A stretch of 64,000 bases of DNA, from NCBI GenBank assembly GCA_051251915.1, contig JBPOGF010000003.1, positions 96,001-160,000 of the forward strand, written 5' to 3'. Both the position numbers and the translations under genes were made by a program. Below are positions 10,331 through 20,406 of this stretch, piece by piece. Under the pieces are notes generated by a model. That model did no database searches, had not been told where the DNA came from, and was given only the letters and a program-made list of their open reading frames with translations. The first letter of the stretch is position 1. The number at the start of each line of letters is the position of its first letter. This DNA is from Akkermansiaceae bacterium (GTDB lineage: Bacteria; Verrucomicrobiota; Verrucomicrobiia; Verrucomicrobiales; Akkermansiaceae).

Positions 10331-10534
10331 ATGAATAATAAACCTGATAAGAAAGAAGATAAAGAGGACTGTGGCGAGAGCCTAGAATGCGCTCATGAAA
10401 AGCTTCACAAAAGTATCTCAAGCGCGAGTCCTGAGCTAGAAGATGAAAATGGCGAGTGCCCTTCATGTATATCTATCGAGCATGAGCTTGCAGCTAGGCC
10501 TAATGAGGTGCCTAAAGATTTGGAGCCTGAGTGA
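10331..10534 (+). CDS. Small acidic hypothetical protein with Cys/His motifs
   Basis: 67 aa ORF filling the gap before a convergent gene; C-x5-C-x-H and CPSC. Confidence 0.55.
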   Translation: MNNKPDKKEDKEDCGESLECAHEKLHKSISSASPELEDENGECPSCISIEHELAARPNEVPKDLEPE

Positions 10535-10549
10535 TATTATTTGAGTGAA

Positions 10550-12565
10550 TTAGTTGCCCTTATAATAACGTGCGTAAAATTCGTCGCATAGAGCCATTCG
10601 TTTGTCTTTAGAGAAGTAGAGCAGGCGGTAGCGCAGCATGAATTCTATCACGGTAAAGAACCTTACCCAGAACGCACCGCCTCTCCATTTTTTGGCAGAG
10701 ACGACTCCTTCGTCGGCTAGATAGATCATTTCTCCGAGGCGGCTCATGCGGTCAGACATTTCGACATCTTCCATTAATTTTTGCTCGGTGAAAACTTCAT
10801 TTTCGATAGCTGTCTTTCTATGGAAGAACTGGGTCTGATCTCCGAAGGAAACTCCCATCAGAGTAGCGCGGAATTCGTTCATAGACTCGATCAGTAACAA
10901 GCCTGGTGAGCTGTCCGCAAAGCGCTGACCGAAGACTCCGCCTACGATATTTGTGCCTCGTGAAATTGCCAGGCTCGCACGCTCCAAGGCATCGCGTTCT
11001 AGCACCACGTCTGAATGCAGCACAATCAGCCACTCACTACTTGCATGCAAGGCACCGGTTTTGATTTGGAGGCCACGGCCTTTCTCGCTGTTGAGAACCT
11101 TCACATTGTGAGAAGCAATCATGGGAAGTTCTCCACCTGCATTGACCAAGATCACTTCCTCTGGCGGTAGTGATTGATTCTCTAAGCATTTTAGCACAGC
11201 TGCTAATTCCTTTGGATCTGGATGATATACTGGGATGACTACGCTCCAGCCGGTAACCTGCTCGTTCAAGGGATTTATTTTTCTCCTTTTGAGTGAGGTC
11301 AAAAATCCACGTTGCTCGGCTAAAAAGATAAGTATGAAGGGTAACCAGAACGCCCATCTTGCCCACAGTGGTAAACCCCAATAACCGTTTTTCTCTAATT
11401 CATCCCAAACCATAAAATAAACACTACAACTGACTGAAAGTGTGAGCCAAGAGAGCCTTGGACGGATTGCTACCAGTGGTAAAACCCATGAAAGATACCA
11501 AAAGTGCACGATCGGAGATAGGAGCAGTAAGCCGCCAAATGCGATCATCAAGGAGGTCAATAAACGTCCCCGTAATTGCACCCAGAATGCTAGAATCCAA
11601 ATGAGCATATAAACGGCAGCCATGATTAGGGATGCTTGAGTGCTTGAATCTAAAAGAGCTCTTAGCAATTGATGTAATGAGCCATTAAATGCGCCACCGG
11701 AGCCGAATAAAAATATCGCGTTTAAGACGCTAGACAAATCTCCCCAATAAAAGAGTAGAGGCAAAAGCAGAGTAAGGGCCGCCGCCAACATCGCTTTCCA
11801 GCCCATACGCCATAAGATAATAGGAGCCACGACTGCTGCCATGATTTTCACTCCTACTGCCAATCCGATAGCGATTCCACAGGGAATAGCCCATTTTTTC
11901 ACCGCAGCAAGGAGAGCAAAGGTAAATGCAAAAACCATCACCACATCAAAGTGGCCTTCAGCTGCGGATGATAGCAAACTGAGAGGACTCAGGCCGTAAA
12001 ATAACGCCCACCTCAAGGGGGATTGATAGTGATTTAGCAATATCATTAGTAAAATGATCACTGCCATATCCGCTATTAAAAACACCCATTTATAGCTCAT
12101 CTCTCCATAGCCGAAACGGTTAATACCGCGAAAGACCTGCATAGCTAATGGTGGATAAGCTGTAGGTCTTTCTTTATTATTCATTTGTATCCAGAACTTA
12201 TCTCGATAGGGTTCATACTGCTCATCGTCACCTGTAGAAGCGTAGGGATTTACACCTAGTTCCGTCAGTTTTCCTTCCCATAAATAGCGGTTCACATCAT
12301 CTGAACCGGCGCTGGGAATGAGTGCCAATCTTGCTCCCATGCATACTAAAATAACCAAGGCAATTGTGGTTTTCTGGCTACGAAAATCTGGGAAGACGAA
12401 GACGGAAAGTAGTCCTAATACACCGACACCGGCAGCCAGCACAACGCGCTCAATGCCGGCGGCGGAAAATGTTGTTGCTACGGAACCATAGATCCAGCAT
12501 AGGACGATAATGGAGAGGCTAATTACACTCCAAGCTACTAGCCTATATCGATTTAAATACTTCAC
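10550..12565 (-). CDS. Fusion of a GT-C (GT87-like) membrane glycosyltransferase and a TIGR04283-like GT2 domain
   Basis: N-part: SDDVNRYLWEG, YPP, EGHFD and many TM helices. C-part: SVVIPVY, GRGLQIKTGA, LHSD, FGDQTQF, LMEDVEMS. Confidence 0.8.
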   Translation of the reverse strand: MKYLNRYRLVAWSVISLSIIVLCWIYGSVATTFSAAGIERVVLAAGVGVLGLLSVFVFPDFRSQKTTIALVILVCMGARLALIPSAGSDDVNRYLWEGKLTELGVNPYASTGDDEQYEPYRDKFWIQMNNKERPTAYPPLAMQVFRGINRFGYGEMSYKWVFLIADMAVIILLMILLNHYQSPLRWALFYGLSPLSLLSSAAEGHFDVVMVFAFTFALLAAVKKWAIPCGIAIGLAVGVKIMAAVVAPIILWRMGWKAMLAAALTLLLPLLFYWGDLSSVLNAIFLFGSGGAFNGSLHQLLRALLDSSTQASLIMAAVYMLIWILAFWVQLRGRLLTSLMIAFGGLLLLSPIVHFWYLSWVLPLVAIRPRLSWLTLSVSCSVYFMVWDELEKNGYWGLPLWARWAFWLPFILIFLAEQRGFLTSLKRRKINPLNEQVTGWSVVIPVYHPDPKELAAVLKCLENQSLPPEEVILVNAGGELPMIASHNVKVLNSEKGRGLQIKTGALHASSEWLIVLHSDVVLERDALERASLAISRGTNIVGGVFGQRFADSSPGLLLIESMNEFRATLMGVSFGDQTQFFHRKTAIENEVFTEQKLMEDVEMSDRMSRLGEMIYLADEGVVSAKKWRGGAFWVRFFTVIEFMLRYRLLYFSKDKRMALCDEFYARYYKGN

Positions 12566-12571
12566 TATTTG

Positions 12572-14023
12572 CTAGCTTTCGACCCAACTTTTAATCCCCA
12601 TCGTGCCCAGCCCTAGTGTGTAGATTAAGAAAAACGGAGCAGCTCCGTAGATCTCCATATACACATAGGCGATAGCCGCTGAAAAGGTTAGCAAAGCTAC
12701 TCCAATTTCGATTAAGGGCATGAAAGACCGTTTTGATTTATAACGAACTTTTTCTTTTTTGTCCCCCTTCTTAGGAGTGCGTATAAATGCAGATTCGATT
12801 CCTAATAATCCTTCTAAACACGCTCTAGCATTGCTGGCGCAGACACCAAAACCGATGAGAAGAAGCATGGGTAAGCGGCGGAGAAAATGCAGCCAGCGAG
12901 TCTTGCAAATCCAGAGTTCCGCATAAAGGTAAAGTAAGCTTGGACCCATCATGGCAAAGCCCATAGGGATGAGGAACCAGATAAATACTGAAGTATCAAA
13001 TGGCATAGGATTCACCAGCGCTATAGGTAATGCTAAGACAGCCTGGAGAAACATAAAGAAGTGCAAGCCGTAGTGGGTGAGATGAAAAGTAGATTCTACT
13101 TTTTTACGCAGAGGAATGGTTGATTTCCAGATGCGTGGAAGTAGCTTCAGAGAGGTCTGAATGGAGCCCTTTGCCCAGCGGAATTGTTGGCTGCGGAAGC
13201 TGCGGAACTCACCAGGGAGCTCGGCGGGGACACAGAGATCTGGTAGGAAATGGAATTTCCATCCTCGTAGCTGCGCCCGGTAAGAAAGATCAAGATCTTC
13301 CGTCAGTGTATCTGCCTGCCAGCCACCAGCGTCATCAATGGCTTCACGGTTCCACACGCCGGCAGTTCCGTTGAAATTCAAGAAATAGTCATTATAAGAA
13401 CGTGCGGTTTGTTCGACAACAAAGTGGCCGTCAATACCGACGCTCTGTGCTTTGGTTAGAGCCGAGTCTTCTGCGTTGAGATGTGTCCAGCGGGCCTGTA
13501 CCACGGCGCATTTTTCTTGGTTTGAGAAATGTGGGATTGTCCTGCGTAAGAAATCTACTGGCGGGACAAAGTCTGCATCGAAAATGGCAATGTATGGAGC
13601 GTCGCTCAGCGTCATTCCGTAGGCTAAAGCGCCAGCCTTGAAGCCGGATCTATCATCCCTGCGAACTGTCTCGATATTCAGGCCTTGTGATTGATACTCA
13701 GTAACCACTTTGTCTACGATCTCACGGGTTTCATCATTTGAGTCATCGAGGACTTGGATCTCATGATTAGGGTAATCGATAGCAGCCACTGCACGGATGA
13801 TACGCTCAGCGACGGTTGATTCATTATAAAGTGGGATTTGGGTTAGAACTTTAGGCGCAGAGTCCTCGTCCACGGCATATGCTTTTTCAGCTTTGCTATT
13901 AGATTCTGAAAAAGTATTCTTTAGGCGCCAAAATAGGAACAACATGAAATAGTGGTGTAGCCCGTAGATAACTAGGGCTGCACTACAAATAACATACAAA
14001 CTAATTAGTATTGTGGAGAGCAT
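12572..14023 (-). CDS. Cellulose-synthase-like family 2 glycosyltransferase
   Basis: QIPLYNE, LDDS, GFKAGAL, FDAD, TEDLD, QQFRW (QxxRW) and C-terminal TM helices. Confidence 0.92.
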   Translation of the reverse strand: MLSTILISLYVICSAALVIYGLHHYFMLFLFWRLKNTFSESNSKAEKAYAVDEDSAPKVLTQIPLYNESTVAERIIRAVAAIDYPNHEIQVLDDSNDETREIVDKVVTEYQSQGLNIETVRRDDRSGFKAGALAYGMTLSDAPYIAIFDADFVPPVDFLRRTIPHFSNQEKCAVVQARWTHLNAEDSALTKAQSVGIDGHFVVEQTARSYNDYFLNFNGTAGVWNREAIDDAGGWQADTLTEDLDLSYRAQLRGWKFHFLPDLCVPAELPGEFRSFRSQQFRWAKGSIQTSLKLLPRIWKSTIPLRKKVESTFHLTHYGLHFFMFLQAVLALPIALVNPMPFDTSVFIWFLIPMGFAMMGPSLLYLYAELWICKTRWLHFLRRLPMLLLIGFGVCASNARACLEGLLGIESAFIRTPKKGDKKEKVRYKSKRSFMPLIEIGVALLTFSAAIAYVYMEIYGAAPFFLIYTLGLGTMGIKSWVES

Positions 14024-14082
14024 CTGAAGTGAGACTATCTATAAAGTATTTTTCATCAAGGCTGAGCTTGGATTGACCTCTA

Positions 14083-14817
14083 TTATTTAGCCTCATTGAG
14101 ATCCCAGTTGTAGGGAATCCAGGAAATGTCAGTTTTAGTATTCAGCTTTTTAGTGCGGAATTTATTCAAATAGATAGCAGGATTTTTAGTACCAAAGTCT
14201 TTTTCATACCATTGAAATAGCTGCGAGTATTTGGCGTTGCTGCCACTCATTACAACTGCGCGGCTGCTATTTGAAAATTGTATCGCTTGTTCATTGAGCT
14301 GCGATTCTAGATCGCCCGCGTTGAATGCTTCTGAGCGTAGTGGTGGACAACTCACACTGGCGCAATTAACTGCAAAATGGATTCTAGGATCGTGGAAATC
14401 TTTTAGTAAAACCTTCTTTTCTAATGTGTTTAGGCTGATCGTCCCATTGGGTGTTTTGATGATTTTAGCATCGAATATAGCGAACTCTTTGGCTCCCAGT
14501 TTAGTCACTGATTTCAATGGATAGTGGTCCAGCACAGTATCTAACATTGCCGCGTTATAGAGGTTGATTCTGAAGGCTGCTTGCTCTTTTTTTGCTAGTT
14601 TTGTTGAGTCCACCTTTGACCACTGCGCTAGAAGCTTATCTAGCTCTTTTTTATCAGCAGTATTGGCTGCCCATGATTTGTAATTTACGCCGTCCGCTTT
14701 AGCATATTTTTTGAGTAAGGTATTATAGTTAGAGTATGCTTGTGCACTTGCTGACAATGCTGAAATCGAAATAATACTAATTATAGCTGGTAGAGTTGGG
14801 GATTTGAATTTTCTCAT
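14083..14817 (-). CDS. DUF547 domain secreted protein
   Basis: Signal peptide; AFRINLYNA, DPRIHFAVNCASVSCPPL, YNWDLN motifs. Confidence 0.9.
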   Translation of the reverse strand: MRKFKSPTLPAIISIISISALSASAQAYSNYNTLLKKYAKADGVNYKSWAANTADKKELDKLLAQWSKVDSTKLAKKEQAAFRINLYNAAMLDTVLDHYPLKSVTKLGAKEFAIFDAKIIKTPNGTISLNTLEKKVLLKDFHDPRIHFAVNCASVSCPPLRSEAFNAGDLESQLNEQAIQFSNSSRAVVMSGSNAKYSQLFQWYEKDFGTKNPAIYLNKFRTKKLNTKTDISWIPYNWDLNEAK

Positions 14818-14972
14818 TATGTTTTTTTTGTATCTAGAGTTAAGATGGTTCTAGTGTCTAAATATTCCTTTTTATTCTCTTGCGGAGCGAAATTTGTTAG
14901 AGGATACGATTAGGTAAACGGTTTTTAGTGTAATAGTTGTGGAGATTTTAAATTGAGTTATAATGTTGAGCG

Positions 14973-15440
14973 ATGAGAGATAAATTTATGGAGAGGGCGA
15001 TAGAGCTGGCACGGGTTGGGATGCTTGGGGGTGAGGGTGGGCCGTTTGGAGCGGTGGTGGTGAAGGATGGTGAGATAGTGGGAGAGGGGTGCAATAAGGT
15101 TCTGGCAAATCATGATCCTACGGCTCATGGGGAGGTGATGGCGATACGTGATGCTTGTGCTAACTTGGGAACGTTTTCGCTTGAGGGGTGTGAGATTTTT
15201 ACGACTGGGCAGCCTTGCCCGATGTGTCTAGGGGCAATTTATTGGGCAAGGTTGGAGAGGATTTTTTATGGCTTTGATGTGGAGGATGCGGGGCGGCTGG
15301 GGTTTGATGACAGGGCATTTTTCCGTGAATTATCTTTGCCGAGTGGGGAGAGGGCTGTTCCTGAGAGGCAGCTTGGGCGGGAGGCTGCGTTGAGTTTGGC
15401 TGAGGAGTATATGAAGTTGCCGGATCGGAAGGGTTACTAA
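14973..15440 (+). CDS. Nucleoside/guanine deaminase (cytidine deaminase fold)
   Basis: GGPFGAVVV, HDPTAHGE, PCPMCLGAIYWA, GFDD. Confidence 0.9.
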   Translation: MRDKFMERAIELARVGMLGGEGGPFGAVVVKDGEIVGEGCNKVLANHDPTAHGEVMAIRDACANLGTFSLEGCEIFTTGQPCPMCLGAIYWARLERIFYGFDVEDAGRLGFDDRAFFRELSLPSGERAVPERQLGREAALSLAEEYMKLPDRKGY

Positions 15441-15452
15441 ATTCTGAGAGGT

Positions 15453-16961
15453 TTAGTTATCTGATGTGATGATCGTGATTTTGTTGTTTTTGCCGTTATC
15501 TACAACTGGGCCAATGGATTTGATGTGGCAGTTGCTGACGTTTTCGTTGAGGATGAGTTTGGCGGTGGTGTAGTTTTCGATGGTGGAGTTGACTAATTCT
15601 CTGCGGGGGCCGCCGCAGTTGAGGACGTTGACCTTTTCTGGGAGTGGGGTGGTGGTTCCGTCACGGAGGATGAATTTGCAAGTATCGCCAGAGATGATAC
15701 CTAATCCTGATCTTGGGGTGACGGGTGCGCCTTTTGGTGGGCTGAGGAGGGTGACCTCATAGCTGGCTTTTTTAGGTTGCTCTCCACGCATGAGATTGAA
15801 GACAGGGTTGTATGCTACGTCGCTTTTGCAATCCTCGAGCACGACTCTACCTTTGTCACCGACTGAGACATCATAGGAGAAATCTCCGGGTTCTTTGACG
15901 GTGACATTTTTTAGTATGACATCGCCTCCACAGAGTAGCTGGACGGCTCCGCGCATGCGCTCGACCGTGGTATTGATGACGGTGATATTTTGCACTCCAT
16001 CGTAGGAGCGAATGCCATCTTCTGTGAGCGGGATGTAGTGGTCACGTGGGATGGGTTTAGTGGTGCGGTATGTCATCTTGAAATCGTGCTCCACGGCTCG
16101 GCCAGCGACTTCTTTGAATATGTCATTGGTAGGGCGTAGGGTTCCGGTGAGGGCGCAGCCTTCGATGTGGACTCCATCGACTGTGTGGAGATGAATGCAG
16201 TGGCCGAATGATTGTTGGAAGACTTTGCATCTGATGATTCGGGTGCCGTTGGCGTGATCGATGGACATGAAGCTGTGTTTATTTAGCCTACCAGATTTGA
16301 TGTGTCCTTTTCCGTAGAAGTCTGTGTAGCCGTAAGGGATGGAGCCTTTGATTACGAAGGTGCAGTCGAAGAATTGGTTATCGTCACCGTTGATTTCAAA
16401 TTCATTATCCGTGACACCGTAGTCGGGGTATTCTGCATCGATGATGTTTTCAAAATATCCGCCGATGAAGACGTTTTTGGTTCCGTTGATGTGCCATGAG
16501 TCGGCGACGTGAGGCTTGCGTGAGAGTTTAGACATCAGTGAGACTGGGGTCTCGATGACTACTCCACGTAGATCAAAATAGTTGTGTGATCCGTTGCAAA
16601 CGAAAATGTGTTCTTGCCTGCCTTCTTTGCGGTTTCTGCCTACTCCACGTTTGCGTTTCAATGGAAGATCTATGGCTGGGGCAATTTTTGTGGCGCGGTA
16701 GACTCCAGGTTTCATGCGGATTTTCTGGTTGTCTTTCTGCATGGCTACACGAAGCGCGTCTAGGGAGTCAATCAGCACGTAGCCGTTACGGATTTCAAAA
16801 TCTTCAGTAGCGACTGGGCGGGGAGTCGGGGTCCTAGTGATTACCTCCATTGGAGGATTTTCGCTCAGCTGTAGACCTTGGTCTGGGATGGGTACATCCG
16901 CCGTGAGCCATCCGCTAGTTACGATGGTAATAAAGATGGATCGATATAACTTACTTTTCAT
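15453..16961 (-). CDS. Secreted right-handed beta-helix protein (pectin lyase-like), function unknown
   Basis: Signal peptide; RMKPGVY motif followed by repeated beta-coil segments with Asn/Cys ladders. Confidence 0.7.
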   Translation of the reverse strand: MKSKLYRSIFITIVTSGWLTADVPIPDQGLQLSENPPMEVITRTPTPRPVATEDFEIRNGYVLIDSLDALRVAMQKDNQKIRMKPGVYRATKIAPAIDLPLKRKRGVGRNRKEGRQEHIFVCNGSHNYFDLRGVVIETPVSLMSKLSRKPHVADSWHINGTKNVFIGGYFENIIDAEYPDYGVTDNEFEINGDDNQFFDCTFVIKGSIPYGYTDFYGKGHIKSGRLNKHSFMSIDHANGTRIIRCKVFQQSFGHCIHLHTVDGVHIEGCALTGTLRPTNDIFKEVAGRAVEHDFKMTYRTTKPIPRDHYIPLTEDGIRSYDGVQNITVINTTVERMRGAVQLLCGGDVILKNVTVKEPGDFSYDVSVGDKGRVVLEDCKSDVAYNPVFNLMRGEQPKKASYEVTLLSPPKGAPVTPRSGLGIISGDTCKFILRDGTTTPLPEKVNVLNCGGPRRELVNSTIENYTTAKLILNENVSNCHIKSIGPVVDNGKNNKITIITSDN

Positions 16962-17195
16962 AAATTCTTTCCAAGAAGTTCTAGATTACTTGGGGATAAT
17001 GTCGAACCATTTCGGCTTATGATATGCGGACTGGATTGAGTGGGATAAAATAAAACGGACGAAGCCGAAAAATAAGCATGCCTGGTCTAGAAAAAGGTTT
17101 GTCTGGAGAAATTAGAAGGTAGGTTTACGCTGGGCGTGGGGGAGTGATCTGAGTTGCTTATTTTTCTCATCTCGATTTCTTTATCAAGAGAGGGG

Positions 17196-17843
17196 TTAGG
17201 ATGGATTTATATCTGGTTCTAGCCAGATGGTGAGGGTGGCTTGTTGGTTAGGGAGGTCTATGTGGGAGATGGATGTGTGTGTGACTGGGAGGTGTGTGGT
17301 CTGGCGGAGGTCGGTGAGGAGGTCTTGTTTACGTTCTGGTGCTAGGAGTTCTAGTTTGTTGTAGAGGACTGTTTGTTTGCGTTGTCTTTGCGGTTTTTTG
17401 GTGGTGGTTATTTTTGTGACGGATTTGCGAATGAGGAGTTCACCGATGATGGCGGAGAAGAGGATGATGGAGTTTACGGCGAGTAGTTCTGCGTAGCTGG
17501 TTTTTTTGTTTGAGAGGGAGTTGATGATGGCGATGCCTACGACGATGAATAGGTAGGTGAGGTCTTTTGTGCGGATGGTTTCTGTGCGGTAGCGTAGGAC
17601 TCCGAAGATGGCGAAGAGGCCGAGGCCCATGCCGATGCTGAGTTCTAGCTTTTTCATGGTGAAGCAGATGAAGAAGACGACTACGTTTAGCATGATGGCT
17701 GCGAAGGCGAATTCGCGGTCTTTGTGATAGGGGTACCAGGCGAAACGGAAGACTAGGGTGAGGAAGATGATGTTGTGCAGGAATCTGAATGCGAGTTTGA
17801 TGAGGTCGTCATCGTAGAGGGGGATGTTGATGAATTCTTGCAT
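17196..17843 (-). CDS. DUF4956 membrane protein
   Basis: LSIGMGLGLFAIFGVLRYRT...DLTYLF motif. Confidence 0.88.
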   Translation of the reverse strand: MQEFINIPLYDDDLIKLAFRFLHNIIFLTLVFRFAWYPYHKDREFAFAAIMLNVVVFFICFTMKKLELSIGMGLGLFAIFGVLRYRTETIRTKDLTYLFIVVGIAIINSLSNKKTSYAELLAVNSIILFSAIIGELLIRKSVTKITTTKKPQRQRKQTVLYNKLELLAPERKQDLLTDLRQTTHLPVTHTSISHIDLPNQQATLTIWLEPDINPS

Positions 17844-17928
17844 TGTTTGGGGTGAGTTGTGGGAGGAGGTGGGTTTAGCTAGCTAGGTAGGTGGTGATGG
17901 GTGGCTGGCTAGACTTTGTTGTGGTTTG

Positions 17929-19449
17929 TTACTTTTGGAGTAGGAAGGCTCTGCGCTGGCTGATGTAGTTTTGTAGTGAGCCTGCGGGGCCATTGCTTGC
18001 GGGTGTGGTGTCTGTGGTGGTGGCTTTTAGGAAGTCTTCGTAGCTGCTGAGTTTGCGGGTGTCTTGTTTGACGGCGTCTTTGATGAGGTCGCGGTGTTTG
18101 GCGATGCGTGTGCCGATGTAGTCCCAGTCGAGTTGTTTTTGTGCGATTTCTTTGATGTTTGCGAGGTAGCGCTGGCGTAGTGCGGGAACTTTGAGGAGTC
18201 GGCTGCGTAGTGGTTTACGGGCATCGTCCAGGCCGGTGAGGGGGTCTAGTTTTGCTCCGCCGGTTTCGTCACCTCTGCGTTGATGGCCGCGGAAGGCTTC
18301 GTTCATGTCGTGTGGGATGACGTGGAATTGGTCATCTTTATCACGGAAGATGTAGTAGTCACTGGCGCGTGTCCAGTAGCCGTCGCTGTTGCCGAATACG
18401 ATGTCGTAGGCGATGAACCAGAGTGCTTCGTCGATGTTGAGGATGGGGGTGAGTTTTTGTTCGAGTGATTCGAGTGGTGTTTCGTTGAGGATGCGGCAGA
18501 GGTTGATGAGTTTGTTCCAGGATTTTGTGCCGTCGTTGGATTTCATGTCGTAGCGTTGTTTGTAGGGGGCGAGTTCATCACCGTCGTATGCGAGTCCGCC
18601 GTCTCCACGTGGGCTGCCTGGGACTTTCCAGCGAGTGCCTTTTGAGGATCCGTAGTTGGATTTGGTGAAGTCTTTGTTGAATTGTTGGACGTTGGTGTAG
18701 ACGCCCCAGTATTCTCCGTTGATGACGACTTTGACGAAGTTTGCTTTAGGGACTGGGATGTGTTTTGAGGCTAGTTCTGAGTAGAGGACGGTGCTCATGA
18801 GTGAGGCGTCACCGTTGCCGTTGAGGAGGTTGAGGGTTTTGTGGTCGTAGAGTTTTTGGTCTTCGTCAACGAGGTCGGTGGAGATGTTGAGGGAGCGTTT
18901 GTGTCCTTTTGAGATTCTGAAGTATGAGGATGCTCCACGGAAGCTGACTCCTACGGGTTGGTAATCTTTGCCGTCTACGATCATGGTGGCGGGGACTTCG
19001 ACGTCGGTGGTTTTGAAGTCTTCTAGTTCTGTTTCCCAGTCTGGGTTTTCGAAGGTGAGGAAGATGGTGCGGAGGGTGTCTGTGTCGTAGAGTGAGGCGC
19101 CGGGGTAATGTTTGACGTCTTGTGGGGAGACTTTTGGGCCGGCTTTTGCTGGTGGTAGTGAGTTCCCGCGGGGGCCACGTTTGCGGTTACCACGGCCTGT
19201 GTCTTGTTTGCTTTCGCGAGTGGTTTTAAGTGTTTTACGTGCTTCTGCGCGTTCTTGTTGGTTAAGCCAGCCGTTGTTGTCTTTGTCGTGCTCTTTGAGG
19301 AGTTCTACTTCTTCTTCTTGGCCTGGTCCTCCACCTCCTGGGCGGCCGCCGCTTGGTCCACCTGGTCCTCTGGGTGGTTGTTGTGCGGGTAGTGAGGATG
19401 CTGTTAATAGGAGGGTGAGGGTGTATGAGAAGATGGAGCGGAATGACAT
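17929..19449 (-). CDS. CotH kinase family secreted protein
   Basis: VGVSFRGASS, KRSLNI, VVINGEYWGVY, NSDGY, IPHDMNEAF; EF-hand-like DKDNNGWLNQQE. Confidence 0.88.
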   Translation of the reverse strand: MSFRSIFSYTLTLLLTASSLPAQQPPRGPGGPSGGRPGGGGPGQEEEVELLKEHDKDNNGWLNQQERAEARKTLKTTRESKQDTGRGNRKRGPRGNSLPPAKAGPKVSPQDVKHYPGASLYDTDTLRTIFLTFENPDWETELEDFKTTDVEVPATMIVDGKDYQPVGVSFRGASSYFRISKGHKRSLNISTDLVDEDQKLYDHKTLNLLNGNGDASLMSTVLYSELASKHIPVPKANFVKVVINGEYWGVYTNVQQFNKDFTKSNYGSSKGTRWKVPGSPRGDGGLAYDGDELAPYKQRYDMKSNDGTKSWNKLINLCRILNETPLESLEQKLTPILNIDEALWFIAYDIVFGNSDGYWTRASDYYIFRDKDDQFHVIPHDMNEAFRGHQRRGDETGGAKLDPLTGLDDARKPLRSRLLKVPALRQRYLANIKEIAQKQLDWDYIGTRIAKHRDLIKDAVKQDTRKLSSYEDFLKATTTDTTPASNGPAGSLQNYISQRRAFLLQK

Positions 19450-19779
19450 GGGGTGTAGGTGGTTTGGATGGGTGTTAATGGGGGAAATGATTTGATATTA
19501 TTTCAGAGGTATTTAGTAACCTTAATGTGACGGAATAGTTGCAAAATATTGTGGTTTGTTCTTAGGGGATGGTGATGGATTAGAGGACGTGAGGCGGGCT
19601 AGTTGGACTTTGAGTTTGAACCACCAGCTTTTGGATTATTGGGGCGTTGCCTTCTGTGAGGGTGGTGTTTATAGGGGTGGATTTATAGAGTATGTTACTG
19701 AGGAATGAATGTCTTACAGTATTACTTGACTCTAACGAATTCGTGTTTAAGTTGCGCTAAATTTTATCTAAGCTAAACC

Positions 19780-20406
19780 ATGAAAGTAATCCTAGCCATA
19801 ACCGCCCCTGTTATTTCCTTAACTGCTCTGCTATTTTCTAGTTGCGCGTCTACAACGCCTGCTAGCAGTGGTGCCGCTTATCTTGCTGATTACAAAACTT
19901 ATACTGGTCAGCCTGGTCAGATAGCTCAGCCAGCTTCGGCTGCTCCTACGGAAGTGGGTTACTGGGATGGTGATGGCGTGGCGGGGGAGGCAATGATCAA
20001 GATCAACATTGGGGAGCAGCAGGCGTATTTCTATAAAGGTAATCAGCTTGTGGGGCAGACTCCTATTTCTACCGGTATTGAGGGAAGAATTACTCCTAAG
20101 GGGAGCTATAAAGTCACGGAGAAGGATATTGACCACACGTCATCACTTTATGGTGTGATTAAGGATAATGCGACTGGGGCTATTGTGAATGATGATGCGG
20201 ATACCCGCAAACATAGAGCTAAAGCAGGGCAGACATTTGTCCATGCGCCGATGTATAATTTCCTCAGATACAACGGGGCGATTGGGATGCACACTGGTCA
20301 TCTTCCGGGGTATGCGGCTTCTCATGGGTGCGTGAGACTGCCAGATAATATGGCGAAGCATTTCTATAATAATGCGAAGTTAGGAACTCCTGTGATTGTT
20401 GAATAG
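19780..20406 (+). CDS. L,D-transpeptidase family lipoprotein
   Basis: Lipobox FSSC; ISTG..TPKG; GMHTG..ASHGCVRL catalytic motif. Confidence 0.93.
   Translation: MKVILAITAPVISLTALLFSSCASTTPASSGAAYLADYKTYTGQPGQIAQPASAAPTEVGYWDGDGVAGEAMIKINIGEQQAYFYKGNQLVGQTPISTGIEGRITPKGSYKVTEKDIDHTSSLYGVIKDNATGAIVNDDADTRKHRAKAGQTFVHAPMYNFLRYNGAIGMHTGHLPGYAASHGCVRLPDNMAKHFYNNAKLGTPVIVE

Noticed and set aside
10116..10466. 116 aa minus-strand ORF
   Set aside because: No recognisable features; overlaps the more protein-like + strand ORF 10331-10534.
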